The notes below the pieces were generated by a model, which did no database searches, was not told where the DNA came from, and was given only the letters and a program-made list of their open reading frames with translations. From Candidatus Gastranaerophilales bacterium (GTDB lineage: Bacteria > Cyanobacteriota > Vampirovibrionia > Gastranaerophilales > Gastranaerophilaceae), in the NCBI GenBank assembly GCA_944325095.1, contig CALUYV010000001.1, positions 1 through 63,793 of the forward strand: a stretch of DNA of 63,793 nucleotides, written 5' to 3'. Positions 19,222 through 28,884 of the stretch are shown in pieces. Position numbers and translations under genes: made by a program. Every line of letters starts with the position of its first letter. Positions within the stretch are counted from its first letter, which is position 1.

Positions 19222-19331
19222 AGCTTTATCCCTACTATTTATATTATTCTCTACTCTTTTACAATTATATTACTAAAATACAAATTCTGTCCGAATATTA
19301 TTTTTTTTTAACATAAATATTTTACAGTAAA

Positions 19332-19359
19332 TTGATTTAACCGTGTTTTTCTATATAAT
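19332..19359 (+). promoter_or_regulatory. holA promoter TTGATT-16-TATAAT, with the -10 box 6 nt from the ATG
   Basis: -35 at 19332-19337, -10 at 19354-19359, then taaatt and ATG 19366. No SD. Confidence 0.5.
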
Positions 19360-19365
19360 TAAATT

Positions 19366-20334
19366 ATGATTTACTTTTTCTATGGGGATGAGGAATTTAA
19401 TATTTCAAACGAAGTCAGGAAGTTCAAAGAGCAGCTTGATAAAAATTTTATTGAAATGAGTTATAAATACTATAATAATCCAAAGTTTCCCGATTTTGTG
19501 GCTGCAATAAAATCCCAGCCGATGATGTTTGGAAAAATGCTTATAGAAATTAATTGCTTAAATTATCTGTGCGGCAAATCGGAAGATAAATCACCGGATG
19601 ATAAACAAATTGCGCAGATGGCTGAGGCTTTTGAAAACTGCAGTGAAAATACCGATATAATTTTAACGGCGGTGCTTCCAGAGGACAGCCAGAAAAAAAT
19701 TGATAAAAGAAAGAAAATATTTAAATTGTTTTCCAAATACAATGCAAAAGAGTTTTTAAAAATTCCGTCATATAAAACCGCCGAACTTGAAAATTGGATA
19801 AAACAACGAGCAGGAACAAAGGATTTAAAAATTTCGGATGATGTTGCATCTGCAATATTGCTGCAGGTCGGTTCAAATTTGAGAATGCTTGATTCTGAAC
19901 TTGGAAAATTGAAAATTTACGCCGGAGAAAATCCTGTTACAAAAGCAATGGTCAAAGAAATATGTGTTGTTAATGAAGATGTATTTACTTTTGCGGATTA
20001 TTTGATTTCCGGTGACAAGACCGCTGCGCTTGAAGAATATAGCAAACTTTTATTAAAAAAACATCCGCTTGAAATTTTATCTGTTTTACAGACTCTTTTG
20101 CACAATAAAATCCAGATTAAGGTTAATTCCGTCAAATATTCATCCGATGAAATTGCAAAACTGCTCAATATGCACCCTTATAGAGCGAAACTCGAGGTGC
20201 AGAAGGTAAAAAATATTTCATTGAAGAATCTTGTAAAATTAAAAGAAAATATTACGGAAGCAGAATATAAAATCAAAACGGGGCAGTCTGTGCTGGATGT
20301 TGACAGAGAGGTTGAATATGCAATACTACGATAG
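19366..20334 (+). CDS. holA: DNA polymerase III delta subunit
   Basis: 322 aa. The IYFFYGDEEF N-terminus and overall helical C-terminal domain are typical of HolA. Followed by an overlapping delta-prime-like gene. Confidence 0.7.
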   Translation: MIYFFYGDEEFNISNEVRKFKEQLDKNFIEMSYKYYNNPKFPDFVAAIKSQPMMFGKMLIEINCLNYLCGKSEDKSPDDKQIAQMAEAFENCSENTDIILTAVLPEDSQKKIDKRKKIFKLFSKYNAKEFLKIPSYKTAELENWIKQRAGTKDLKISDDVASAILLQVGSNLRMLDSELGKLKIYAGENPVTKAMVKEICVVNEDVFTFADYLISGDKTAALEEYSKLLLKKHPLEILSVLQTLLHNKIQIKVNSVKYSSDEIAKLLNMHPYRAKLEVQKVKNISLKNLVKLKENITEAEYKIKTGQSVLDVDREVEYAILR

Positions 20335-21223
20335 TTCTGTATATCAAAAAATTCCAAAATTACTGGATTATTTTCAAAAAGGCATTATTGATGAAAATAA
20401 AAATATAAGCCACTGTTTATTATTCTGGGGTGCGGATATAAATCTGCAATGCGGGCTTGCACTTGAAATTGCACGGCTTTTGAATTGTAAAGAAGGTGCC
20501 GGTGCTGACTGCAGCTGCCAGAATTGCAGGTGGATAAAAGAGCAGACTCATCCCGCAATAAAAATCTATACCAGATTGGATTTCAAAGAAACTGATTCAA
20601 ATTCATCAGAAGATGAAGATTCTTCAAAGGGTAAAAAAAATATAAATATAAATCAGGCAAAATCTATTATAAACGAATTGTCAATATCGAGTGATTATCA
20701 CAGAGTTTATATTTTTTGCGACAGAGATGAAGAAGGCAATCTGCTCCCGCTCAATCGTATGAATTTTCCCGAAGCAACATCAAATGCGCTGTTAAAGACT
20801 TTTGAAGAGCCGCCTAAAAATACGACTTTTATTTTTCTTACAAAAGATAAAACGGATGTGATTTCAACAGTTGTATCGAGGGCGCAGTCGTTTTTTGTCC
20901 CTTCCCTGCAGCCGGAAAATAAAGATTATTCGCTTGTTGAAGGTATTATTGCAGGTTATTGGAATTTTGATAAAAACAGAGTTCTTGATATTGAAGATGA
21001 GTTGTTAAAACTGGCTGCTGATAATGCGCCTGAAGAAATTTTTATACAGATGGAAAATTATATGTTTGAAATTTTACAATCCAATTATCAAAATAAAACT
21101 TTGTTTTACAGGATGAAAGAAGATTTAAAATTTGTGGAAGAGGCTATGCAGCAGGTTGTAATTTCCAAAATGAATATAAAAACGGTTATGGAAAATTTGT
21201 GTTTTAAAATGTTTTTGAAATAA
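20318..21223 (+). CDS. holB: DNA polymerase III delta-prime-like (AAA+ clamp-loader subunit with degenerate Walker A)
   Basis: Cys cluster CSCQNCRW (zinc module), a SALLKTFEEPP sensor region and VVSRAQ. The start is moved to ATG 20318 (AGAGAGG SD), a 17-nt overlap with holA. Confidence 0.6.
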   Translation: MQYYDSSVYQKIPKLLDYFQKGIIDENKNISHCLLFWGADINLQCGLALEIARLLNCKEGAGADCSCQNCRWIKEQTHPAIKIYTRLDFKETDSNSSEDEDSSKGKKNININQAKSIINELSISSDYHRVYIFCDRDEEGNLLPLNRMNFPEATSNALLKTFEEPPKNTTFIFLTKDKTDVISTVVSRAQSFFVPSLQPENKDYSLVEGIIAGYWNFDKNRVLDIEDELLKLAADNAPEEIFIQMENYMFEILQSNYQNKTLFYRMKEDLKFVEEAMQQVVISKMNIKTVMENLCFKMFLK

Positions 21224-21343
21224 AATTTTGGTTTATGTCTGACGGTTTATATTCTGTAATCCGGAGTATTTACATTCTGTTACATTTGTAATTAGGGTTA
21301 TGGTGTGTGTTATAATTAAACAGAGAATATAAGGGAGATATAG

Positions 21344-21988
21344 ATGGATTATATAGAAATTGTAAGAGAGATATCAATTGCGGCAATTACCGCATATTTA
21401 ATAGGTTCTATTCCGACAGGATATATTATAGTTAAGTTATTTACGGGACAGGATATCAGAACTGTCGGTTCCGGTTCAACGGGGGCAACAAATGTTAAAC
21501 GAGTAATGGGGAAAAAATGGTTTTTTACCGTTATGCTTCTTGATGCATTAAAAGGTGCAATCCCTGTTATACTGGCATTTTTATTTGCAAAATACTTAAC
21601 TAATGATTTTATTATTCCGCCTGTAATATTTAATCATGGAATTTTACCTGTCGTTGCGGCATTATTTGTGATTTTAGGACACAGCAAATCTGTTTATCTT
21701 GAGTTTACCGGCGGAAAGTCTGTAGCGGCCGGTGTCGGTACTCTTTTTGCCCTGAATTGGATTGTCGGATTAAGCGTTGCTGTTATCTGGAGTGTTGTGA
21801 CCTGGTTTTCTAAATATGTTTCTGTCGGTTCAATTGTTGCACTTGCCATTGCTCCGATTATTATGTGGCTTGTCAAGTCACCGTCAGCATATATTATTTA
21901 TACGGTGGTTGCGGCAATTTATGTTATTTTTCTCCATAGAGAAAATATTAAAAGATTGATTGCAGGAAATGAAAACAAGGTTAGATAA
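21344..21988 (+). CDS. plsY: glycerol-3-phosphate acyltransferase PlsY
   Basis: 214-aa polytopic protein with GSIPTGYI, GSGSTGATNVKR and GGKSVAAGVG motifs. Confidence 0.9.
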   Translation: MDYIEIVREISIAAITAYLIGSIPTGYIIVKLFTGQDIRTVGSGSTGATNVKRVMGKKWFFTVMLLDALKGAIPVILAFLFAKYLTNDFIIPPVIFNHGILPVVAALFVILGHSKSVYLEFTGGKSVAAGVGTLFALNWIVGLSVAVIWSVVTWFSKYVSVGSIVALAIAPIIMWLVKSPSAYIIYTVVAAIYVIFLHRENIKRLIAGNENKVR

Positions 21989-21997
21989 ATTAGAATA

Positions 21998-23143
21998 ATG
22001 GACAGATTAGAATTTGTAAAAGCAAAACGTGTAGTTGTTAAACTCGGAACAAATGTTTTAAGAAATGATGAAGGTTATGTGTCTTTGCCGAGGATATATT
22101 CTTTTATAGAAGATATGGCAGCACTTGTTAGAGCAGGAAAAGAGGTTATTTTGATAACTTCCGGTGCTGTCGGTCTGGGCAAAAAAAGGCTTAACCTTCA
22201 AGATACTCAGGGTACTGCATTGAAACAGGCATGTGCTGCTATCGGGCAGGGAAAGTTGATGTCTTTATATGAAACAGGTTTTGAGGCTTACGGGCTTATT
22301 GCCGCTCAAATACTTTTGATTGAAGATGATTTTTCCGTAAGAGAAAGATATTTAAGCCTTAGGACTACTTTGAACAAATTGCTTGAATTAGGTGCAATTC
22401 CTGTTATAAATCAAAATGATACGGTTTCTACCCGTAATGTTTCTTTGCGTGACGGGGTTGAGGATATGCAGGTTTGTTTTTCGGACAATGATAAGTTATC
22501 TGCTCTTGTTGCAAGTGAACTGGATGCGGATTTATTAATAATTTTATCCGATATTGACGGTTTATACAGTGATAATCCAAAAACAAACAAAGATGCAAAA
22601 CTTATAAAGTGTGTTGAAAAAGTTGATGATGCAATTCTTGCACTTGCTTCCGGAATTTCAAACGGCGGCAGAGGCGGAATGGAAACAAAACTCAAAGCGG
22701 CGCGTCAGGTTACAAGATTTGGCGGAAAAGTATTAATTGCAAACGGTAAAGAACCTTATGTTATAAGGAGAATTTTTGAAGGAGAGGATTTGGGAACAAT
22801 GTTCCTGCCCGAAAATCGTATTATGTCGGATAAAAGACGCTGGATTGGATATGCAACAAATATTATAGGGAAAATTGTTGTAAATGAAGGAGCAAAAGAT
22901 GCTCTGCTTGCCGAAAAAAGTCTTTTGCCAATCGGGGTAATTGATGTTATTAATACTTTCCATAAAGGGGATGTTATTTCAATTCTGGATGAAGATAAGC
23001 ATGAATTTGCAAGAGGTATTGTAAATTATGATTCTGATTCCTGCAAGAAAGTTATCGGGCATCATTCCGATAATATAGCGGAAATTTTAGGTTTTAAAAA
23101 TTATGATGCAATTATCACAAGAGATAATATAACTTTGCTTTAA
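21998..23143 (+). CDS. proB: glutamate 5-kinase (with C-terminal PUA domain)
   Basis: Motifs VVKLGTNVL, ITSGAVGLG and NQNDTVS. The C-terminal PUA-like segment reads PIGVIDV...GDVISI. Confidence 0.9.
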   Translation: MDRLEFVKAKRVVVKLGTNVLRNDEGYVSLPRIYSFIEDMAALVRAGKEVILITSGAVGLGKKRLNLQDTQGTALKQACAAIGQGKLMSLYETGFEAYGLIAAQILLIEDDFSVRERYLSLRTTLNKLLELGAIPVINQNDTVSTRNVSLRDGVEDMQVCFSDNDKLSALVASELDADLLIILSDIDGLYSDNPKTNKDAKLIKCVEKVDDAILALASGISNGGRGGMETKLKAARQVTRFGGKVLIANGKEPYVIRRIFEGEDLGTMFLPENRIMSDKRRWIGYATNIIGKIVVNEGAKDALLAEKSLLPIGVIDVINTFHKGDVISILDEDKHEFARGIVNYDSDSCKKVIGHHSDNIAEILGFKNYDAIITRDNITLL

Positions 23144-23157
23144 TTTTGGAGAATAAT

Positions 23158-24414
23158 ATGGTTGAAAATTTTATAGATATTGCAAAGAAGGCTAAACAAG
23201 CGTCTTTAGAGATTGCGGATTTGAGTTCTGAAATTAAAAATTCTGCATTGAACAAAATTGCGGATATGATTGAACAGAATAAGGATGAAATTTTTGCAAG
23301 CAACAAACAGGATTTAATTTCAGCAGAAGAACTGGTTTCAAGCGGTGAAATTTCTAAATCGGTTTATAATCGTTTGAAACTTGATGAAAATAAAATGCGC
23401 GATATGATTCAAGGTATAAGAGATATTGCAAACCTTGAAGATCCTGTGGGAAAAATTCTTTTGAAACGCAAACTTGATGAAGATTTGATTTTACAGAAAG
23501 TTTCTTGTCCTATAGGAGTTCTCGGGATAATTTTTGAAGCAAGACCTGATGTCATCTCTCAAATTTCGTCACTTGCCATTAAATCTTCTAATGCAGTTAT
23601 TTTAAAAGGCGGCAAAGAGTCGCAGAATACCAACAGAAAGATTCTTGAAGTGATTAATAATGCGCTTGATGAAGTTGCAGGATTTCCGAAAAATGTTATT
23701 CAGCAGGTTTTCAGCCGTGATGATGTTGCACAAATGCTAAAATGTGACAATTATATAAATTTAATTATTCCGCGCGGCGGAAATAATCTGGTCAAATATA
23801 TTAAAGCAAATACTTCTATTCCGGTTCTCGGGCATGCCAGCGGAATTTGTCATATATTTGTGGATGAAAGTGCTGATATCAATATGGCATCGAGTGTTGT
23901 TGTCGATGCAAAAACGCAGTATCCGAGTGCGTGTAATTCGGTTGAAACATTATTAATTCATAAAAATTTTGCAAAAAAAGATGAACTTCTTGCTTCTTTG
24001 CAGTTGAATGAAATAAAACTTGCTGCAAATCCGTCTGATTGGTCAGTTGAGTACGGTGAAAAAACTCTTTCATACAAATTTGTTGATTCTCTTGATGAAG
24101 CAATAGAACATATAAACACTTTTGGCTCTGGACATACTGATTGTATCATTACTAAAAATATTGAAAATGCAGAAAAATTCATGAACAAAGTTGATTCAGC
24201 CGGTGTTTATTTCAATGTATCTACCCGTTTTGCCGACGGTTTCAGGTACGGTTTCGGGGCGGAAGTTGGAATTTCCACAAACAAAACTCATGCCAGAGGG
24301 CCTGTCGGTCTTGAAGGGCTGACTATTTATAAATATAAATTAACAGGCAGCGGGCATATTGTGGATGATTATGTAAAAGGCAGAAAAACTTTTCATCATG
24401 AAGATTTAAAATAA
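23158..24414 (+). CDS. proA: gamma-glutamyl phosphate reductase
   Basis: Aldehyde-dehydrogenase-like, with IFEARPDV, ILKGGKES and a catalytic Cys context (YPSACNSVETLLIH). ATG 23158 has a GGAGA SD; the ORF track begins at TTG 23146. Confidence 0.9.
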   Translation: MVENFIDIAKKAKQASLEIADLSSEIKNSALNKIADMIEQNKDEIFASNKQDLISAEELVSSGEISKSVYNRLKLDENKMRDMIQGIRDIANLEDPVGKILLKRKLDEDLILQKVSCPIGVLGIIFEARPDVISQISSLAIKSSNAVILKGGKESQNTNRKILEVINNALDEVAGFPKNVIQQVFSRDDVAQMLKCDNYINLIIPRGGNNLVKYIKANTSIPVLGHASGICHIFVDESADINMASSVVVDAKTQYPSACNSVETLLIHKNFAKKDELLASLQLNEIKLAANPSDWSVEYGEKTLSYKFVDSLDEAIEHINTFGSGHTDCIITKNIENAEKFMNKVDSAGVYFNVSTRFADGFRYGFGAEVGISTNKTHARGPVGLEGLTIYKYKLTGSGHIVDDYVKGRKTFHHEDLK

Positions 24415-24425
24415 AAGAGGTTTTT

Positions 24426-25178
24426 ATGAAAATCGGTGTAATAGGGCTTGGATTAATCGGCGGTTCGATATTTAAGGATTTGCTTAAATTAAACTATGAT
24501 GTAATTGCGGTTTCAAATTCACAAAACGGTGAAAAGATTTTTAAAGATTATTCCGTTTTAAAAGACTGCGCTCTGGTTTTTGTGTGTAGTCCGATGAATA
24601 AAACGCTTGAAATTCTTGATAAACTGGAAAGTATTCTTCCGCCAGAAACGGTTGTCACTGATGTGTGTTCATTAAAAAGTTTTGTATGTAAGAAGAATCG
24701 TCCTTATAAATTTGTTCCTTCTCATCCTATGGCAGGTACGGAAAATAAAGGGTTTGAAAGTTCATTTGAAGGATTGTTTAAAGGTGCAAAATGGGTAATT
24801 ACACCTGTTTTTGGCGAAAGTGAAATTTTAAAAGATATCATTAAACAACTTGGTGCAGAACCTGTTGTGACAACTCCGCAAAAACATGACGAGGCGGCTG
24901 CGCTTATTTCTCATATGCCTATGTTAATTGCTCAAGCAATTTTTAAAACAGCACAGGAAAATGAACTTGCAATGCAGATTGCCTCATCCGGTTTTCGTGA
25001 TATGACACGGCTTGCAATGTCTAATCCGGAGATGGCTGATGATATGATTCAGATGAATGCTGATAATATTCAAACAAGTATTTTAAAACTGTACAAAACA
25101 ATCGGCGATTTGACTAAATCAAATTACCTTGAACAGATAAATGAAATTAAATCAAAACGCCGATTGATGAAATTTTAA
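24426..25178 (+). CDS. tyrA: prephenate/arogenate dehydrogenase
   Basis: Rossmann motif MKIGVIGLGLIGGS and the SHPMAGTE catalytic motif. Confidence 0.75.
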   Translation: MKIGVIGLGLIGGSIFKDLLKLNYDVIAVSNSQNGEKIFKDYSVLKDCALVFVCSPMNKTLEILDKLESILPPETVVTDVCSLKSFVCKKNRPYKFVPSHPMAGTENKGFESSFEGLFKGAKWVITPVFGESEILKDIIKQLGAEPVVTTPQKHDEAAALISHMPMLIAQAIFKTAQENELAMQIASSGFRDMTRLAMSNPEMADDMIQMNADNIQTSILKLYKTIGDLTKSNYLEQINEIKSKRRLMKF

Positions 25179-25190
25179 TAAGTTAAATTT

Positions 25191-25853
25191 TTATTTTACT
25201 GCTGTTTCCACAGGAGCCGGTTTGTGTGCAAATTTATTGAAGATTTTTTTACCTTTTTCAATAACGGCATTAACATAAGGCTTGATGGCTTCTTTTCCTT
25301 TATTTATCATATCTTTGCCTTGTGCAATAGCGTTTTTGACATAAGGTTTGAGTTTTTCTGCCGCTTTAACTGCTCCGGTTTTAATTTTACCTCCGAATAA
25401 GAAACCTAAACCTGCAGCAACTAAAGCACCGGCAATACCAAGCAGAGTTTTTGTTCTTTTTTCTGCTTTTTCCCGTTGTTCAGGATCGTAAATTCCCGGT
25501 TTAAAGTTTTTTGTCGGGTCAAAATCTTTTTCCGGCTGAATAAGTCCCGGTTTTATTGTAGTTAATTCACCGGTTTTTGTATCAATATAAACTTTATCAT
25601 GATACGGGTCTATTTTTCCTTTGTTTTTTAAAATCTCTGCAATTAATTGTTCTTGTTTAATTCTTAATTCAATATATTCTGAAAGTTTTTTGCGTTGTTC
25701 AGGAGTTGTAGTTGGAGCAAAATCAATAAAAATTGGTTGTTTGTTGATTTTGCGTGCTTTATCAGGATCAAAAACTACAGGATCTCCATTTGGCTCTACA
25801 CCAACACGATTCAGATAATACGGATTAATTGCACCTACTCCAAGATTTAACAT
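25191..25853 (-). CDS. hypothetical single-pass membrane protein with C-terminal KPYV-repeat
   Basis: 220 aa. One hydrophobic helix (LLGIAGALVAAGLGFLFGG) is followed by the duplicated KPYV(K/N)A(I/V)xxGK units. AAAGGA SD. Confidence 0.4.
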   Translation of the reverse strand: MLNLGVGAINPYYLNRVGVEPNGDPVVFDPDKARKINKQPIFIDFAPTTTPEQRKKLSEYIELRIKQEQLIAEILKNKGKIDPYHDKVYIDTKTGELTTIKPGLIQPEKDFDPTKNFKPGIYDPEQREKAEKRTKTLLGIAGALVAAGLGFLFGGKIKTGAVKAAEKLKPYVKNAIAQGKDMINKGKEAIKPYVNAVIEKGKKIFNKFAHKPAPVETAVK

Positions 25854-25954
25854 AATAATTTTCCTTTCTACCTATTAAAATATAACCTACATAGGTATAA
25901 AGTATTTTTTTTATTAAAATTTGCGCAATTCAAAAATTTTATCAATATTCAGAA

Positions 25955-25984
25955 ATAAAAACTAAGCCCTCAAAGGGTTTGAGG
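25955..25984 (-). terminator. intrinsic terminator after the DAHP synthase gene
   Basis: 7-bp stem cctcaaa / tttgagg with a 3-nt loop (25968-25984). On the minus strand it is followed by GCTTAGTTTTTAT. Confidence 0.5.
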
Positions 25985-26010
25985 TGCTTAACTTTTCGTA
26001 ATATATTATT

Positions 26011-27060
26011 TTATTCAACATTTGAAATTGTTATATTTTTTTCAAGATGTAATGTATCAATTAAATTATTTAATCTTGCAAAAACTTCTTTGAACTGCGG
26101 GATAGATAAACTTTGTTTTCCGTCGCTCAAAGCGCATGCCGGATTATGGTGAACTTCAACCATAATTCCGTCTGCCCCGACAACAAGCCCTGCTTTTGCC
26201 ATAGGTTCAATTAAATACCTTTGTCCTGTGCCGTGGCTCGGGTCAACAATAATCGGCAGATGAGAATATTTTTTAATTACCGGAACGGCGGAAATATCAA
26301 GCAAATTGCGTGTAAATGCGCTGTCAAAACTTCTTACACCCCGCTCGCACAGAATAACTTTTTCATTTCCGTTGTACATTATGTGTTCCGCTGCCAGTAA
26401 AAATTCTCTTATTGTGCTTGACGGCCCGCGTTTTAAAATTACGGGTTTATTGCATTTTCCGACAGATTTCAGCAGTTTAAAATTCTGCATATTTCTTGCA
26501 CCGATTTGAATAACATCCGCATAACGGCATACAAGATCCAAATCGGCTGAATCCATTAATTCTGTTACAACAAGCAGTCCTGTTTCTTCTTTTGCTTTAG
26601 CAAGATATTGAAGAGCCTTTTCCCCTAATCCGTCAAAATCATAAGGCGAGGTTCTCGGCTTGAATGCGCCTCCGCGCAAAAACTGGCACCCCATTTCTTT
26701 TGCGGCAACAGCAACTTTCAAAAGTCCTTCATAATCATCTTCCACCGAACACGGCCCGACCATTGCTACAGGTCTGTTTGCTCCGCCGATTTTGACTCCG
26801 TTATCAAATTCAATAACGGTATCTTCTGATTGCCTGTCACGAGAAGCGAGTCTGAAAGGTTCACGGATAAATTTTATCTGTTTAACGCCTTCCAGAGCTT
26901 CAATTCTTCCGGGAGAAAGTGTTGTTTTATCTCCGAGTGCATCAATGACGGTGTGTACATCACCTTCATGAACAATTACTTTAAATCCGTGTTCTTTTAA
27001 CAATCCGGTTACTGCCAGAATATTATCGGCTGTGGCATCCCGTTCCATAATTATAATCAT
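26011..27060 (-). CDS. aroF: 3-deoxy-7-phosphoheptulonate (DAHP) synthase, type I-beta with N-terminal regulatory domain
   Basis: Motifs [24 protein letters not shown] and [10 protein letters not shown] roughly 70-aa N-terminal ferredoxin-like extension precedes the barrel. Confidence 0.85.
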   Translation of the reverse strand: MIIIMERDATADNILAVTGLLKEHGFKVIVHEGDVHTVIDALGDKTTLSPGRIEALEGVKQIKFIREPFRLASRDRQSEDTVIEFDNGVKIGGANRPVAMVGPCSVEDDYEGLLKVAVAAKEMGCQFLRGGAFKPRTSPYDFDGLGEKALQYLAKAKEETGLLVVTELMDSADLDLVCRYADVIQIGARNMQNFKLLKSVGKCNKPVILKRGPSSTIREFLLAAEHIMYNGNEKVILCERGVRSFDSAFTRNLLDISAVPVIKKYSHLPIIVDPSHGTGQRYLIEPMAKAGLVVGADGIMVEVHHNPACALSDGKQSLSIPQFKEVFARLNNLIDTLHLEKNITISNVE

Positions 27061-27096
27061 ATATCATACCTCTTATTGTGAATAAATATTAACTAA

Positions 27097-27125
27097 ATTA
27101 TAGAAAATAAAATAAAATTAATCAA
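27097..27125 (-). promoter_or_regulatory. DAHP synthase promoter TTGATT-17-TATAAT
   Basis: Minus-strand hexamers at 27125-27120 and 27102-27097. AAGAGG SD 8 nt before the ATG at 27060. Confidence 0.45.
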
Positions 27126-27186
27126 TTTATATGCATAAAAATTTTTTATATAAATAATACACAGGAAAGTATAAGGAGATTTTATT

Positions 27187-27768
27187 ATGTGGCAGAAAGA
27201 ATTGATTAATTTAGGCATTGATGCTGGTAAAAAAATAGTAAAAGCAGCAAGACAAACAGCACCGAAAACAGTTTTTGGAAGAGCAATCAAACAAGCAGGA
27301 AATGGGAAGTCAAGAGTTATTGTAGGCGGATTTACAGGTCCAAATCTTGATAAGATACAGCACAATAATTTTTTGCAGATGTTAAACATGATGAATGTAC
27401 GTCCGGTTGTTAAAGGTTTTGCTGTAACCCCCGGGAAAATATATGTGCGGAAATTGCTTAATCAGAACACCGGGGTTTTACGATTTTTACCTAATTACAG
27501 GCTTCCGAAAATGACCCGTCATGTTGTCCATGATATTCAAACAACCAGAAAGGCAGTTGTAGGCTTTACAACAGAGAATATGCAAAAAACTGATTTTGTT
27601 ACTAATGGCTCCCCGATTGTTCCCGGACAACCGGTAAAAAAACCGGAAGTGGTAACAGAAAGAGTTGTTGTTCAAGGTTTTGGCGGTAATTCTGCTCAAA
27701 AAATTTATAAAACTATGGAGCAGGATAAAAATACTCAACGAACTGTTGTTAAAGGTTTTCGTGCTTAA
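27187..27768 (+). CDS. hypothetical basic protein with five R-x(0-2)-V-[VI]-x-G-F repeats
   Basis: 193-aa ORF with an AAGGAG SD. Repeats RVIVGGF, RPVVKGF, RKAVVGF, RVVVQGF and RTVVKGF were found by eye. A terminator hairpin follows. Confidence 0.45.
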   Translation: MWQKELINLGIDAGKKIVKAARQTAPKTVFGRAIKQAGNGKSRVIVGGFTGPNLDKIQHNNFLQMLNMMNVRPVVKGFAVTPGKIYVRKLLNQNTGVLRFLPNYRLPKMTRHVVHDIQTTRKAVVGFTTENMQKTDFVTNGSPIVPGQPVKKPEVVTERVVVQGFGGNSAQKIYKTMEQDKNTQRTVVKGFRA

Positions 27769-27779
27769 TTTTCCATAAA

Positions 27780-27808
27780 AAACGGCGGAATATTTTATTC
27801 CGCCGTTT
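27780..27808. terminator. bidirectional intrinsic terminator between convergent genes
   Basis: 12-bp stem aaacggcggaat / attccgccgttt with a 5-nt loop and T-runs on both strands. It lies between the stops at 27768 (+) and 27833 (-). Confidence 0.7.
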
Positions 27809-27832
27809 CCAAACTTTTTTCAGTTAATTAAA

Positions 27833-28069
27833 TTATACTAATTTAACTGTAACTGATTTAGGTTTTTGAGTGTAAGAGATTTTGTCTTCTCTTGATAACC
27901 AGCCAAGACCCATGTAAGTGAAATTATCATCCAAATCCATATCTTTTCTTAATTTGTTGATGGTTACTTCACCCTTGTCTGATAGGTAATTGTAGATTTT
28001 ACCTGCTGATTCGATAATTTGAGTTTGCATTTCTTTTTGTTCTTTTTTGCTTGATGTGAACATGTTCAT
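27833..28069 (-). CDS. winged-helix protein (DUF2582-like)
   Basis: 78 aa. KIYNYLSDKGEVTINKLRKDMDLDDNFTYMGLGWLSREDKI resembles the small wHTH DUF2582 family. GGAGG SD. Confidence 0.5.
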   Translation of the reverse strand: MNMFTSSKKEQKEMQTQIIESAGKIYNYLSDKGEVTINKLRKDMDLDDNFTYMGLGWLSREDKISYTQKPKSVTVKLV

Positions 28070-28416
28070 TTCCTCCTTTTTCTACAAAATTATAATACTA
28101 CTATTTTATTATTAATGGAATATGTTTTTTTGCTGATTCCTGAAAGACCATATATGATTGATTTTTAGGTCTTAACATTTCTCAACTTTCTTATATTATA
28201 TAAAAAAATTTAATAAAAAATTCATCAATTTAGAGTATTTTTTTTAAATTTTTTTGTATTTTTTAGTTTTTTTGGAGGTTTTCCATAAAATTATCAAAAA
28301 TTTTTCTCATAATTTCTGCAAAATTTTTTATTGAAAAGTACATTATTAAAGATATCCAACCAGATATCCGGATTATAATTATGGAAAAATTTTCTTTGCG
28401 GCAAATTTTTCGATTT

Positions 28417-28809
28417 TTATTTTGAAATTGTAAAATTTTCTGTTCCTTTTTTTAATTCGTGCCGTATTTCCCTTATTTTACGGGCAATTTGCGGGTATTC
28501 AAAATAAATTTCAGAAAAAATTATTTTTCTTGCATTGTTTTTTGAAATAAAAATTAACTGATAATCAGTATAACCTCTTGCATAAAGATTTCCTTTAATC
28601 TTTTGTCTAATATAACTAACGGTTTTAATATCGGAATATTTTATAATCTTTTTTCTGGATTTTATGCCGAATAAATTAATTCTTTCCACATGGCATTCGT
28701 TCTGAGGTTTTGAACAAAACAGAGTTTCGCTTTTATAATTAGTCAAACCTGCCGGTAAAACAATAATCAGAATAATTGCTGCTGCTATTAAAAAATAAAA
28801 ACCTTTCAT
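28417..28809 (-). CDS. hypothetical membrane-anchored protein
   Basis: 130 aa with an N-terminal TM helix (FYFLIAAAIILIIVLPAGL). No recognisable domain. Confidence 0.4.
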   Translation of the reverse strand: MKGFYFLIAAAIILIIVLPAGLTNYKSETLFCSKPQNECHVERINLFGIKSRKKIIKYSDIKTVSYIRQKIKGNLYARGYTDYQLIFISKNNARKIIFSEIYFEYPQIARKIREIRHELKKGTENFTISK

Positions 28810-28884
28810 ATTTTAATTCAACTTTCTGTTATATTTTATCACCATTTTTCATATTGATATATAATTAATTAAGAGGATTTGTAT

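Noticed and set aside
20297-20317. The longer holB-like start at 20297 given by the ORF track. The same applies to track starts at 3069, 23146, 28879, 29573, 36954, 52639, 55309 and 58611.
   Set aside because: Downstream ATGs are preceded by better-spaced SD sequences or align better with known N-termini. The upstream starts are mostly TTG/GTG or add non-conserved residues. These choices remain uncertain without experimental data.
28070-28416. The AT-rich 347-bp gap as a replication origin.
   Set aside because: I saw no TTATCCACA-type DnaA boxes in it. The only exact TTATCCACA I noticed (58501-58509) is inside a coding region. No dnaA or dnaN gene is nearby.
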